Assembly: GCF_033153115.1 (NCBI RefSeq)
Contig: NW_026889758.1
Location: 9,300,001-9,364,000, forward strand
DNA: 64,000 nt
Direction: 5' to 3'
Origin: Saccostrea echinata
Taxonomy: Eukaryota
A program made the position numbers and the translations under genes. Below the pieces are notes generated by a model, which was not told where the DNA came from, ran no database searches, and saw only the letters and a program-made list of their open reading frames with translations. The first letter of the stretch is position 1, and the number at the start of each line of letters is the position of its first letter. This document shows, piece after piece, positions 1 through 14,300 of this stretch.

Positions 1-50
1 TTCCTGTTTGAAACAGAACAAAATACCTGTGATAACTGGGCTGCTTCATC

Positions 51-489
51 ATGAAATATATGGAGATAACGAACAGTATTCAAGCTCAAAAGTCCACTAA
101 ACATTACAAAATAGGAGCAGAGCAAACACGAACCTCCAAACATCAGAGGTGGGATCAGGTGCCATGGAGGAGTGAGCATCCCCTGCCGACCGGTCACACC
201 CGCCGTGTGCCCCTTGTCATGATCAGGAAATAACGGAAAAATCCGTCGACAATTCAGTGTGTAAATAATGGCCTAACAATTCGTATGAAAAACGTCAGTC
301 AGCATTTGACTCAATGATAAATTGTATTTGCTGACAATGTCATTGTATCGACCAAAGAACTTACGAAATGATGACTTTAAACGAGACAGCTGATATTCTT
401 GTTTCATTAACTTGTTTGTCAATAATTTACCTCGTTTTAGAAATTGTACATACGTAGAGCATGCTCTTGCGTATCGAATCAACTGAGAG
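51..489 (-). mobile_element. Penelope-like (Naiad-type) retroelement, 3' fragment
   Basis: QLIRYARACS...KSSFRKFFGRY PLE RT thumb ending in a stop with no C-terminal GIY-YIG; 3' tail shared with seven other copies in the window. Confidence 0.7.
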
Positions 490-959
490 TAGCCATAGTT
501 GTTCTAAAACAAACCTTAAAAACCTCTTGAACAGAAATATCAGATTCTAAAAACACTGTTAGCTCATGGTTACTATTCAAATATCTGTAAATAATTTAAT
601 TTTCTTTGTATTCTAGCCTCTGATTGGTTAATATCCAAAAAGGAACACAAATTATTTCTGTATAACCTGGTTTGGTATGGGGACACACCCCCTGACAACC
701 AGCTGAATCATCTGTATCCATACAATCCTCTCATTTCCAGGCCTTGGGATTCATGGAAAATTCCAGTTTAATAAATGTACCTTTAACTCCAAACAATAAT
801 TCGATCTTACCACATGTAAATAAACAACAAGGCTGCTGAGCCTATGTGTCAGTTTTTACCTCCCCTCGCTTCCCATCACTTCCGTTACTACGGTTTGAAC
901 TAATAAAAAGCAACGAAATTTTACACCCATAGTTATTTAATGATTTTAAAATTAAATTA

Positions 960-1114
960 AAGGAATGTCTTATTCTTGGCCAAATTATTCGAGTATAACC
1001 TGATTTGGGTCAGTTTACGCTGTTTTATAATCCGCTTCGCGGATTATAAAGCGTAAACTGACCCAAACCAGGTTATACTCGAATAATTTGGCCAAGAATT
1101 AGAGTCATTCCTAA
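960..1114. repeat. Near-perfect ~150 bp palindrome (hairpin element)
   Basis: Arms TTCTTGGCCAAATTATTCGAGTATAACCTG...TATAATCCGC around a TTC loop. Confidence 0.85.
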
Positions 1115-2399
1115 AATAATTTTAGTGCACTTTTCATATTACAATAATATTTTCAAAATAAAAAGGAATGAAAGGGGTACATTCCCTCTTAACAGATGAT
1201 TTATCTAACGTTATAGACATTGATTTTAAATACCTGGATATAGCCCATAAAATACTTTAATATTGCATAATGCAAACATTAGACAAACGAAATCTATTTC
1301 AAATTCAATGAAAGTTAAAAAAAAATCTCGTCCTTCATCTTTTAGGAAATCACAAACACTTTTAACACCGTTTTTATCACAGACTACCACTAAAAAACAA
1401 GTGACACCATTTCTTAATTATATATTTATTAAGTTTGGCATCATATGGCCACGGCTGGTTGCAGATCAATTATTTAAGATACATGTGTTCAGTGGGTGCC
1501 GACCCAATTGGTTTTTGGCACACCTCCAATCAAATGAATTGTAGTAAGTTTATGTTTAAGCCAAACAATATTTCAATAAATTAATCAATGTTCTGTGTTA
1601 ATTATCAAGTCAATTAATTGTTTTCCATCGATAAGTCATCCACATAATCAAGTTGCAGCTGCGCCCTGTTAACAGCGACGCGTGTCAAGATGATTTGTGT
1701 TAAGCGCTATACGATGTATCTCTCCAACTGGCTCTTCGCTCTGTCAATTACAGAGACAATACTGTCCGCATAATAAGATGACCAGCCGTGACGATGGGTG
1801 TTGTCTAGTCCTTGATCGATAGTTATCGTGTTGCAGCTTCACCCTGTTTAGAGTCAATAAGCCAATACGATTGGGTGAGCGAAGTCCTTCCTTCTGGTAC
1901 TTGGAAGTGTCCATCACGATAGCATTCATCACTGTATGGCAAGGAATGGCAGCTTTGGCCGGTCGTGACTAAGGCAATGCAAGGTCTTATAATGATTGAC
2001 AGCTTGGCTCCTTAGGCCTCTTTCTCTGAAATGAAAAGAACTCGGCGCAGAAAACAACTCAAAGTAATATGGGGTGTGGAAGGGCGGGTAAATTTTCTTA
2101 AAAATTCACAGCAAACCCTAAACGTGCAACATTTGGAAATGGTGTGAGAATGGAATGTACAGATGCTTGCGCATATATTGCGCGCGCATCCTTCCACGTG
2201 GGGCGCTGTGATAAATGGATTTATAACGCATTCACTACATAAATCCGATTATCACAGACTACCACTAAAAAACAAGTGACACCATTTCTTAATTATATAT
2301 TTATTAAGTTTGGCATCATATGGCCACGGCTGGTTGCAGATCAATTATTTAAGATACATGTGTTCAGTGGGTGCCGACCCAATTGGTTTTTGGCACACC

Positions 2400-2810
2400 T
2401 CCAATCAAAGCAAACAATCAATCAATCAATATTAACTGTACACATGTCATTTTTTACACTATAAGACTGGCGTTTGCTTTCCAAATTTTGCGGTGCGCCA
2501 GCCTTATAAAACAATATTCAATCAATCAATCAATATTCAATTGAATCAATCAATATCAAGTTCAATCAATCAATCAATAAATTTATCAATTCAATTAATG
2601 AATATCCAATCAATTAATGAATATTCAGTTGAATCAATCAAAAAGTTTCAGTCCAATGAATCAATCCATTTTCAATAATATCAATCAATATTCAATCAAT
2701 CAATCAATATTCAATCAATCAATGTTCAATCAATCAATGTTTCAAAATTCAATCAATCAATGTTCAATCAATCAATGTTCAATCAATCAATACTCACTCA
2801 ATTCAATGAA
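2400..2810. repeat. (TCAA)n-rich degenerate microsatellite
   Basis: Repeated ATCAATCAATC with variants. Confidence 0.85.
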
Positions 2811-5800
2811 TTGTAGTAAGTTTATGTTTAAGCCAAACAATATTTCAATAAATTAATCAATGTTCTGTCAAATTGTTTTCCATTGACAAGTTGTCAAAAT
2901 AATTATGTTGCAGCCGCGCCCTGTTCACAGCGGCGCCAGTCGAGATGAATTGTGTTAAGCTAAATCCGCCAAACGTGCATAGTTACTCATGTAATATGCA
3001 CGCCGCCACAAACGTGGGGGTAGCTTAACACTCTACTCACAAAACCAGCCGTGACCCCCACAATATATATCAATGATATTACTACTACTATAAATGATAA
3101 TATTAAATCAAGTTGGCAGTTCACTATGTTTTTAAGCCCGCTTTTAAAAATTTTAGCTTACTGCCCGACGAATTGCAGATATAAAATATCCTCTGTTGTA
3201 ACTAGATTAATTATGCTTGGTAACCGAGTTAATTACTTTTGCGATCTTTTTCCTGATCTAACTTCCCATCACATCTGGAAACGACCCTATAGTTAACTTT
3301 ACTGAACTATTTAAGGATTCGGCAGTTTTATCAATGCATATCTTTACCCAGCCACGGTCATTTGCCCCGCAATAGAATATCGGATTAGGAACCCCATTCT
3401 AGCACATTCCTCTCTTGCTTTGTTACAACATACTAAAATTTACTGCTGATTAAAATGAACAGATGAACCAAATATCTAGAGAAAAAGTTCAAATGTCTTT
3501 CTTATTCTATTGAACTGCAGGGTTTATAATCTATGAATGATAACATTTAAATTGTTCTCTTCCAAATAATTGAATTGATTCGCATGAAAGTAAGTAGCTT
3601 TTCAAGTTCTAAAAGAATATAATTTACATGTATAGTGCATATATTTATATTGAGACGCAACACATCTAGTTTAAGGTTAATATAAATAATAAATTACCAG
3701 GAATGTTTGCTCTGATTCGTAAACAATGGTGCATGACTAATAATTAACAATACAGAGAGTAACTGTGTCTCTTTACCCTACTGCCCCCCCCCCCCCCCCC
3801 CCCCCGCAGTTTAACGTCTACGTGATGAAAGTACTCGTTTATAACGAGGTTCTACTTATGCAATGCCGAGTTTAAACTTAAAGTGCTTAGTATAAAAAGG
3901 TTTTCTTACTAAAGATAGTTAATTGTCTACTGTTGGATACATATTAACATTAATGAGGACATGAGATGGAATACACTATTTATTTATTTATTTATTGATG
4001 ATGATAGTATGGTAGATAAGATTCTTTATTTCCAAATCAGGGCCCTTTCAGGCATCACAAACAACAAGCATGATTTCTACAATTACAAACAGTACAAACA
4101 ATCTATGTGTATACATACTAAATAATCTATACATGTATTTGTATATTGTAAAATTTGACACTGTATATGTAAGTAATGTTGATAAATAAAATAGTACTTG
4201 CGTGATGATAACATGTGAAGTGTGATCAAGTAATTCTAAGATGGAGATCTCAATTTAATAAGGTAAAATCTAACAACGTGTATAAGTCATTTATAAATAT
4301 ACTAAACATCAAATCAAACTGTATAGATCTTACATATTTTGACGTCTGTTTATAAAGTTGTGTGATCTAATCGTAACCAAAATAACTTTACTACAATTAT
4401 AGGTGTATAATCATATGCTGGCTTTCCCGCAGCCAGTATGCCTTCCGTCTGCGCTTACCGTGCTCAACTAAAGAATATTACTGCTTAATCAGCCATATCG
4501 TAAAGAAATAAATATAAAGTGATTCAAAATTTAAATGACATAAAAACAAATGGTCTTTATACAAATGAAAAGTTGCTGCATTTTTTATGCCAATCATTGC
4601 ATCGTGGGAACGCTGGTAACAGCGCGGTAAGACGGCACTGAAAGAATTGCATTTCATTTGAAGTGACTTTTAAGATTTATTGGCCCTCCTATCAGCAAAA
4701 TCTTAGGTTTAATTAGCTTTTCGTCAGAATACAAACTTGACATGTATCAATTTCCAAACCCAGATGAATTAATTTTTGTGACGGGAACAAATGTTCAACG
4801 CATTGAAGAATTCCCAATGCTGACCAAAATCGCCAAACGTGTCATCAATTTTGAGCAAATGTTGGCGTGAGCTGAACAGAAAGACATCAAGATAAATAAA
4901 TGCGTTTCATATTTCGAACCAGGTTGTGACCTGAAGACCCAATGAAAAAAGATAATATTTCATTTGTGTTTAATTAATGTACTAATCACTTTATTTATTT
5001 ATTATTTTTGTGATGATGTGTAACAACAAATGGAAGGCGTTTGACATAGTAGTTATACGAAGCCAAGTACGCAAAAAATCATCTGGTTTTCTAGACAATA
5101 GTCTAAAAACGATTTTTTTTTTTTGTATCCATTTTGCCAGGTAAAGCTCTTATCAATGGTGCTATCATACCCATTATGGCCCTCAATCTATAAATTTTTT
5201 GGATTTATTGTTATGTGGATATTGATCCCCCTCCATGATTTATGGGCCTAGTTTTGATAGAGGTGTTAAGGAAAAAGGAACAGCCATTCGCCCATAGCTA
5301 TTTCACTCAGCAACATATACTGAATTTGTCTTGATACAGATCTACTGAAATTAATTTCAATTAATTAATTAATTAATTTGCTCTTCACTCGATGCGCCCT
5401 AAATTAATTAAAACCATTTCTCAACTCATCGCCTAATTCTTGCTTTGGTGGAACATGACATGCATAAATATTGGAAGTAGTTTAATATTTACTTAAGAAT
5501 GACCGATGTTTATTAATTGAATGCCAAGGAGTGGCGAAATTTAAGGTTTTCTGTTTCAAAAAGTGTTTCCCCAGGCCGGAGTTGCTGATTTGTTGAGGAC
5601 GGACACGAAGATGTTAATCGAAGGGAGAACAAGCTTAAAATACATATCTTATAACAATGTGCACATATATACACAATAAGTAACGATATTTGTCATCAAA
5701 ACACTAGTCTTTCAATTGTATGAGGGGTGCTAGCGAGGACAGTTAAATATTACAAATGAGGATCAGGTTAATATTGCACGTAATGCAGCCATTACTTGCT

Positions 5801-6559
5801 ATAAACTTAATTGTATTGTTTTTATAAATTATATATATATATGCCCTCCTTTCAAAGCTCATTGATTGGCGAATAAATAAATTAGTCTTATTATTATAGC
5901 CTCATATATCGATAACATTAAGGCTCCATGAAGTATATACTCGGAACAATGACCGACGATGCCGAGTGCGTGATCTTAAGAGTATGAGGTTAAATTAATT
6001 CAAGTTTATGGAACCCAATCTTAACGTGTGCATAATTATATTTATATTGCTCTAAACTCTGTGGTTGAAGGGGGTGTGCTTAAATTTAGATTCTACTAAA
6101 TACAATAAAAACAATTGTAATGATTAGCTTATTCTTTGCCTTTTCCCACTGATTTTAACAGAATGATCGATTAACTGAACATTTAGTATTTTCTTGTGCA
6201 TTTTTTAAAAATGTAATTGATACAACAGTGAAAACATTATACTGATAATTGATGTAGGCATACAAGATGACATACCGTTTGTGCTGTGTGTAGTAGTATT
6301 ATGCATGTCCTCCTCATTGCTGGTATTGACGTTATTCTCTCTCTCAATTTTGTAATGCCTTGTTTGGCTTTGGCGACTATAGATGTTGTGGACATCTTGG
6401 TCAATATTTACAGCAACAATACTCCTACAAGTAAGAGCCTCGGCTAACGTCCATACGCTCCCTACAGCCCTTCGGCGCGAAGTCAAAAACTCTAGCATGT
6501 TGAAGTACACTAACTGTACAATTAGTGCAAACAATCAGTAAAACCTCGTCTTTGTACAC

Positions 6560-9500
6560 CACAGTCTTTTGACAATGTCATTGTGCAATATTCTAAATTT
6601 TCTTAAAAATTCACAGCAAACCCTAAACGTGCAACATTTGGAAATGGTGTGAGAATGGAATGTACAGATGCTTGCGCATATATTGTGCGCTCATCCTTCC
6701 ACGTGGGGCGCTGTGATAAATGGATTTATAACGCATTCACTACATAAATCCGATTATACCAGGTCTTTACAAAAGTAATTTTGTTTCCCATTTTTATATT
6801 GGGATTGTACCAAACAGGTGAATTCAGATACTTAGATTTCATATATGACTTGTTATTGAGCGTCTTCATGAAACATAGCCTTGAATTAAACACATCTTTC
6901 CAAAAATCATTGTTATTTTTACAATAAGACAAGACACAAACTTCACCAAAATCAAAGAGTTTACGCAATATGTTTTAACCTTTTATTGCCAAAAAATATC
7001 AAACCATGGTTGATTGGTTCTTGTTAATCTTTTAATCAAGGAGCACATAAGAGATATAATAAAGCTATTTATACCCAAAATTTTCAATCTTCCTTGTAAA
7101 AAATCTTGAGTAATAATTTTCCTTTTTCTTTATCACATTTTGATTTCCATATAAGCTCAAAGATTTCTCTGTTCAATAATGATGAAATTTCTTTACTTGG
7201 ATTTGTTAAAGATATAAAAAAAAGATGGTTAAGTTTTGGTAAGACTAATGTTTTCAGAACTGTGACTCTTCCAATAGGAGTAAGAATCCTTCTTTTCCAT
7301 TGCTGTATTAATGCTTTGATTTTCGGTATTTGGACATTTTAGTTTATATCAATAAGTTTATCTAGTTCTAATGAAAATTAATTCCACGTAAATTAAAGTT
7401 CTGTAACCCCATTCAAGTTTCAAACGAGAATGATGAAAAACTTGATTTGAGAATTTTTTAAAACCTATCCAAACAAATTTAGGTTTTAAGGTGTTAATTT
7501 TAAGTCCTGTAAACTTTGAGAAAAAATCAATTATTGTACCTAATGCTGCAAAAAGTGATACATTTGAACCATCAAGGGTAAGCCAGGTATCATCTACATA
7601 TTGGGATATTTTATGTTCTTTCTTGTTAATTACAATTTCTTTAATGCTTTGATTTTGTTTAATCATAATTGCAAGAATTTCCGCACAAAGAAGAAACATA
7701 TATGGTGCTACGGGATATCCCTGACGACATCCTGTTTGGATATTAAATTGTTCATATAAAAATCCACATACAGATGTACAAAAGAGCTAGGTTCACTTTA
7801 GGCCATTATTTACACACTGAATTGTCGACGGATTTTTCCGTTATTTCCCGATCATGACAAGGAGCACACGGCGGGTGTGACCGGTCGGCAGGGGATGCTC
7901 ACTCCTCCATGGCACCTGATCCCACCTCTGATGTTTAGAGGTCCGTATTTGCTCTGCTCCTATTTTGTATTGTTTAATGGACTTTTGAGCTTGAATACTG
8001 TTCGTTATCTCCATATATTTCATTTATGCATAAAATGTCCCTGTCCTTATATCAATCAGTCGATATCACCCTCTGTCCCATTTCATATATCAAAATAAAA
8101 TAGAGACTTAGTGCTTTCACTTCTTATAATAAAATTTCTTTTTGAAAATCCAGGTATTGAGAAAATGCAATGTTCTTGAATTTTGCAGAAAACATGCGTA
8201 TTTGACTACCTTCAGCAAAGAATTAAAATATGAGCACAGCCCACGATCCAAAAATTAAAACATGTTTTGTGATCTTCAGAAACAGATCCTTCATTAAGTA
8301 ATTGCATATTTTGGATAAGAAGTTGTGCTCTATATAAGATATAGAAAAAATACCTCAACTTTTGGCCATTTCTAAGGGAATTAACAGGATATGGGAAAAT
8401 GACGCATTTTATGACGTCATAATGCATTGACAAGAGAGAAAATTACGTCATGTTCAATAGGTACACGGTCACCGAGGGTCCAAGTTATAAATACTGCATT
8501 TTCAACCAAAACTGAGCAGTTTCGATTTTTCAGAAATTCTCAGGGCCAAAAAAGGCCCTAAGTGGCTCTTGGTCTTTTAGTATTTCGAATTTTTACCCAT
8601 TCTATAATGTTTTACCAACCCTCCAAAAAATTAAAACATTATACACAAAGGTCCAGGATATTGAATCAAAAGCCTTTTCAAAGTTTATAAGTACAAGCAA
8701 TCCCGATATATTTCTAGATTCAGTGTAAGTCATAAGATCATAAAGAAATATGGTATTGTCACCTATATATCTTCCTTTTAAAAATCCAAGCCGAATATTT
8801 GATATAATATTTTCCAGGGTTGATCTTATCCTATAACTAATACACGTCAACCTGATAAAAGTTTATAGAACACATTTAAAAGTGTAATAGGCCGCCAATT
8901 TTTCAGAAATTCTATTGGCTTATCACCTTTTGGTAAACAAGTAATTATCCCTAGTCTTTGAGAAATAGGAAGTTCTTTTTTTCTGAAATCTGTCATTTAT
9001 GGCAAGTACTATGACATGTTTCAAATCTGACCAAAAAAAACAAAATAAATAAATAAAAAATAAAAATAAAAATTAAAAAAAAAATAAAAATTCAGCAGTG
9101 AAACCATCACCTCCTGGTGTCTTAATGTTTTTAATGTTTCTTAACACCTATAAGACTTCATTTTCAAAAATATTTCCCTCAAGTGTATTGGCAACATAAT
9201 TTTCAAGTTTTGGAACCTCAGTAACTCTTATAATATCTGCAAGATCTATATTGAGAAGTTCTGCATCTGCAGAAGTATAAAAATATTTGTAATACATCCT
9301 GATTCTATTTAAAATTTCTGACTGATTGTAAATAATTTCATTTTCCTCTGTTTTGTCCTTTTTGATAATCTTATTCAAATAGGTACGGGATTCTGGTTTG
9401 CAAAAATATTGAGATTGTTTTTCTCCATCTTTAACCCATCTGGCTCGAGACTTTATAACATGACTTTGTAGTTTTTCTTTTCACAAATTCTCAAGACTTG

Positions 9501-10525
9501 TTTTATTCTCCTCTATTAACTGTGGATTCAATATATTCTCTGCCTCTAATTATTCTATTTGTGCAATTAACAAGGCTTCTTCTTTATATTTTCTTTCTTT
9601 TTATATGACGAATATGACATAGTTATTCCTCTAATCTTCATTAGAAGGACTTCAGAAAATGTACTGTAATTAATATCTTTTATAAGCACATTATTCTTTT
9701 CATATTGGTTTCTAATAGACTCTATTGTTGCTTTAACCTTGCCAACGTACGTTTTGTTTGGAAGTAAAGAGTTGTTAAATTTCCAGACACCTTTCCCTTT
9801 CTTAAAGGTATTAAATTTCATATCAAGAACCATCGATGAGTGGTCTGATCTGTAACCCTGGTTTAATTGCTAAATTTTCAACTCAACCAAATTACACCTA
9901 TTTTCAGAGATTAAAATATAATCTAATCGTCATTGTTTTAATGGATTTTTCTTTCGCCACATAAACATTTTAAATTTGGATTCAAAATCCTGAAGTACAT
10001 GTAGTCAATTATTTGTAGATCATTCATAATTTCTAAAAGTTTTTCCCTCGCCTTTGGATTGTTATATGTTACAATAATTTTCTGTTTCCATTGAAGGGTC
10101 AAGAGCCAGATTAAAATCACTGCATAATATAAAATAATCATTATCAAATTCTAAAAAAGTCTTTCTTACCATTTCATAAAACTGGATTATCAGTGTTTGG
10201 TCCATAAATATTAATTAAAATAACTTTATCATCCTCGAGAGTCAATAGATTACCGTTATCGTCCTGTTTCTCCCTGTGATTCTGAAATTCAAAATTCTTA
10301 TTAAAGAGAATGCACACCCCTCTTGAGTTTGACTTGTACGAATTGAAAATACATTTATATCCCCATTGTGTTTCAACGTAAGGTTTTATTTTTTTTTTAT
10401 AAAGTAGGTATCTTGAAAACTGAGCATTGAATAACATGACCTTTTTTCTTATAATAATTTAAACATCCTGTCTTTTGGTACCTGTTGCCAAGCCTTGAAA
10501 ATTCACCTTTGCTATTTTAATTGAG
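6560..10525 (-). mobile_element. Degenerate Tx1/L1-clade LINE ORF2 (APE endonuclease + RT), interrupted at about 7780-8600
   Basis: Frameshifted fragments SNSRGVCILF, INIYGPN, KGVWKFNNSLL, GFLKGRYIGDN, FEKAFDSISW, ISQYVDDT, WYNPNIK. Confidence 0.85.
7797..8023 (+). mobile_element. Naiad-type PLE 3' tail nested in the Tx1 LINE
   Basis: Near-identical to the reverse complement of 51-275. Confidence 0.7.
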
Positions 10526-10679
10526 CCACAAATTTAGTTTGTAGGGATTTAGAAAAATGCGATAAAGAAAAATCATAAACAGTGATGAGCACCATCTTTC
10601 CAGATAATCAAAACACATAATAGGAAACCAGGGAACATGCACACACTCACCGACACACTTCCATAAAAAATAAACATGA

Positions 10680-11212
10680 TATATAATATTTGGATGTTTT
10701 ACTGACTACAGATGATGAGGATCAACTAACAACACAATTGTATGACAAAAAAGATTATTTCTTGTTTCCATCGTCAACCTTCCTTATTTATGTAGTAATA
10801 TTCCGCTATCACTTGCATACGATCAATTTTTAAATCGAGACAGGCTACTGATAGATAAGATGATGCTACAGGGATTTTAACAACCTCGTTTAAAGTCAGC
10901 ATTACATAAATTCTATGGTCTTTATAATGACTTTGTTAATAAATATAACCTATTATTGGGTCGTATTTTGACTGACGTGTGTCAATTGTTAGACCTTTGT
11001 TTTTATACTAAATTTGACTACGGAATGTTCCGATTACCTGATCAATACATAGGGCTCACGGCGGGGGGTGACAGGTCAACAGGAGATGCTTACTCCTCCT
11101 AGGCACACGATCCTACCTCTGGAATTTCCGGGGGTTGTGTTTTATGCCCTGCTCAAAACTTTGTATTGTTTATAGATTTTTTTAAATCGATCACTGTTCG
11201 TTATCTTCACCC
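10680..11212 (+). mobile_element. Naiad-type PLE 3' fragment (diverged subfamily)
   Basis: YDKK.YF.FPSST-like RT remnant and the conserved CACGGCGGG..TGAC.GGTC..CAGG.GATGCTTACTCCTCC core. Confidence 0.6.
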
Positions 11213-11362
11213 TTTTCAATAAAAAGGACCAAAACCATTTTTCACGATCGGCATTGTTTAAAGTTCTTCGTAAGCAGATTATTATATTTCGTATAAAGAT
11301 ATTAAGATTTGTCGATGATTCAGGTTGTTGAGTTAAATATAATAGCATAAGACTATGATTAC

Positions 11363-14300
11363 CCGGAAAAACCATTGCTTTTGCAAGTCACATCAGCTTC
11401 CCTTTTGCCCCATCCTCTGTCACACACACTATGCTGTTGTCCACCTAGATATATTTCGACTCGGCCTTCATATGAAGAGCTCCCATTAACAATTCTCACT
11501 GAATCTGAAAAAAAAAAACAACAACAAAAGATGAAGTAAATAAAGTCAATCGTAATAAAGTCAAACGTAAATAAGATTGTGGTCCATCGGATGAGACAGT
11601 ATAAACCGAGGTCCTGTGTCGCAGTAGGTGCTAGCATGAAAAAGATCCCTCACTGCTCAATGGCCCTCATTGCTGAGTATAGCTCAACATTTGCAGCCCT
11701 CCACCGGCAAGTGGTGGCGTCTCTATATGAGTGAAAAATTCGCGAGAGGGACGTTAAACAACAAACAAACAAAACAAACAAAGAAGATTTAAAAAGTCTG
11801 TTTCACCTACCATTTAATGCATGGTAACAGACGACTCCAGCGTGTCCGCCATTAACACAGCTGCTGGATGCAACTACTGAAAGACGACACCCGAACAGAG
11901 AAAGTTCAAGTCCATTACAGTAGACATTACCCAACATCCGCGATTGTCCACTTCCTTCTCCAAACACAGACGACAAAGCCGGCAGACCTCTACGAAAGAA
12001 TTATATTTTCCAAGCAAAATTATTCAAATCTTTATAATTATACATTTATTGACTGGGTTCGAGGGCAATATGTGTTTTGTCGGACCCAAGAACCATTTTG
12101 GTTCGAGGGGTCGACAAAACGTATTTTACCCGAGAACACAGTCAATACATGTTTTATTATATCTTTCATTTATTTATTTTTTTTACTGGCTTCCATGATG
12201 AAAATTCTCTTTACCGCACTTCGGAAAAACTCGGTCAATTCACCTAACATTTAGCTGATCCCGCCCACAGTGTGACGTAAGCGATCCAATATCTCATCGA
12301 CAGGTCCAATATCTTACTCTGCGGTCAAACATCGATTTTTTAATGTCCGCTCAGTAAATCATTGTAAATGTTAGACTGTTTTAATATATATTTATATAGG
12401 AACCAATTTTTAAAGGTATAACATTTTAGTACATTCCTGATGATCAAACCCATAATGTTCAAAAATATTCTTATACAAAGGTAAGGTAAATTATTTGAAT
12501 AAAAACAATATATTATACTTACAAAGCAATTACACAAGTGTAAAAAATTTAATGAACTGAAAACGACTTCTAAAAATTTTAGAAAATATTTGAAACTGTA
12601 ATATTCAAATGTGAATTTTTAAGAACTTTTTAAAGAACAAATCTAATTACCCGGAATACCCAAGGCTTCTGCAAAGCACATTAGTCTCGCGTTTGTCCCA
12701 GCCGCTGCCACAAACACTATGCCATTCGTCATTCAACAAAACCTCGACTCGGCCTTCATTTAAAGAGCTTCCATTAATAAAACGTACTGAATCTGAATCA
12801 TAAAAGTAAACAGAGTTATAAACAATGAACAAATTATAATCCAACATTCATAATTGTCAGCCTAACCAACCATTTAGTGAGCGGTAACAAAATACTCCGG
12901 CGGTCCTGCCATTCAAACAGTAACTGGATGTAACAACTGAAGGTCGACACACTAACAATGAAATCTCGGAACCACCACAGGAAACACTTAACATCCATTT
13001 CTGTCCACTTTTCTCTCCAAACAAAGACGACAAAACAGACAGACCTCTACAAAAGAGAAATTCTTTACTATTTATAATACTCCTAATTTCGTAATAACAT
13101 TAAAATATTAATGATAAGATCTATCCATAGTTTCCAAGATCGTTTTATAAAAACTTAAGGCAAGGAACTTTAGGAAATCTAACATTAATTGAAGGAAAAC
13201 GTATACGGGTAACATAATTTCCAAATTCTACAGGTAAACTACATATATAGAGAAACATTTTGAGAAATATAACACTATGAAAATAATGTTTAAAATTCTT
13301 CCTCAAATTTAATTACCCGGAATACCCTTGGCTTCTGCAAGTCACGTTAGCTTCATCGTTGCCCCAGCCGCTGTCACATACACTACGCCATTCGCCATTC
13401 ATCAAAATCTCGACTCGGCCTTCATTTATAGAGCTTCCATTAACAATTCTTACTGAATCTGAATTTTCAAAATAATTTGGAAGTTAAGAAATAAATAAAT
13501 CAGCATTAATAACTATTATATCAAACAACCATTCCTTGAGTTGTATTAAATCGTTCTGGTTGCCCACCAATAAGTACAGTTGCTGGATCCAACTAATGAT
13601 ATACAAAATGAAAAATTACCAGTTACCATTACAGAAAGTTTTCTATAGACGTGAATATAGCAAGGATTATGAGGGTCATTTCCCGTGACCACCATATTGA
13701 AAATTTACCACCATATTGAAAGTTTTATTAAGGTCTCCGTCTTCACGGAAGACCTTATTGATTCAACTTATCATTATTATAATTGACTTCAAAATTTTTG
13801 TGCATGCGAATTCAAAACTATTGAATGGATCTACAAGAAATGTCAAGGAATTATGTATTGTAACATATATTTGGCCTATCCGAGAGAACATTTAAAAATT
13901 CACTTCTGGTGTCGAGTTACAGATCATTTTCTGAATTCTTTGTCGTCGGCACTTCCGGTCGCTCACGGAAGTGAATTTCAAAAATAGATGTTTACAACGT
14001 TTTCATTTTCTACGATATTAGTAGGGTTAATAGAGCGTTTATAAAAATGCTAAATATATAATTTGATTTAAAATTTAATGAACCATATTCTTGATATTCG
14101 TCGTTTTCAATTTGAAGCTCTTTCCTCTGTTGGTGTAGTGGTTAGCGTGTCGGATTTTCATGCGGAGGATGCGGATTCAATCCTCAGATTGTCCGATATT
14201 TTTTGTCAATTGTTTCAGCTTAAATTTACGTATTTATCATTGATATGATGCATGTCTGCTTCTTTCTATTGTTAAGAGTTTTTATAATTTTCATGAACAT

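Noticed and set aside
51-233. Recurring 60-aa [14 protein letters not shown]... (also at 7841 and 23074)
   Set aside because: Antisense reading of the Penelope-like 3' tail; recurrence reflects the repeat, not a gene family.
6205-6534. 109-aa ORF
   Set aside because: No recognisable domain or supporting splice structure.
14123-14195. Functional tRNA genes here and at 39265-39335
   Set aside because: A and B boxes are present but the cloverleaf stems do not pair; treated as tRNA-derived relics.
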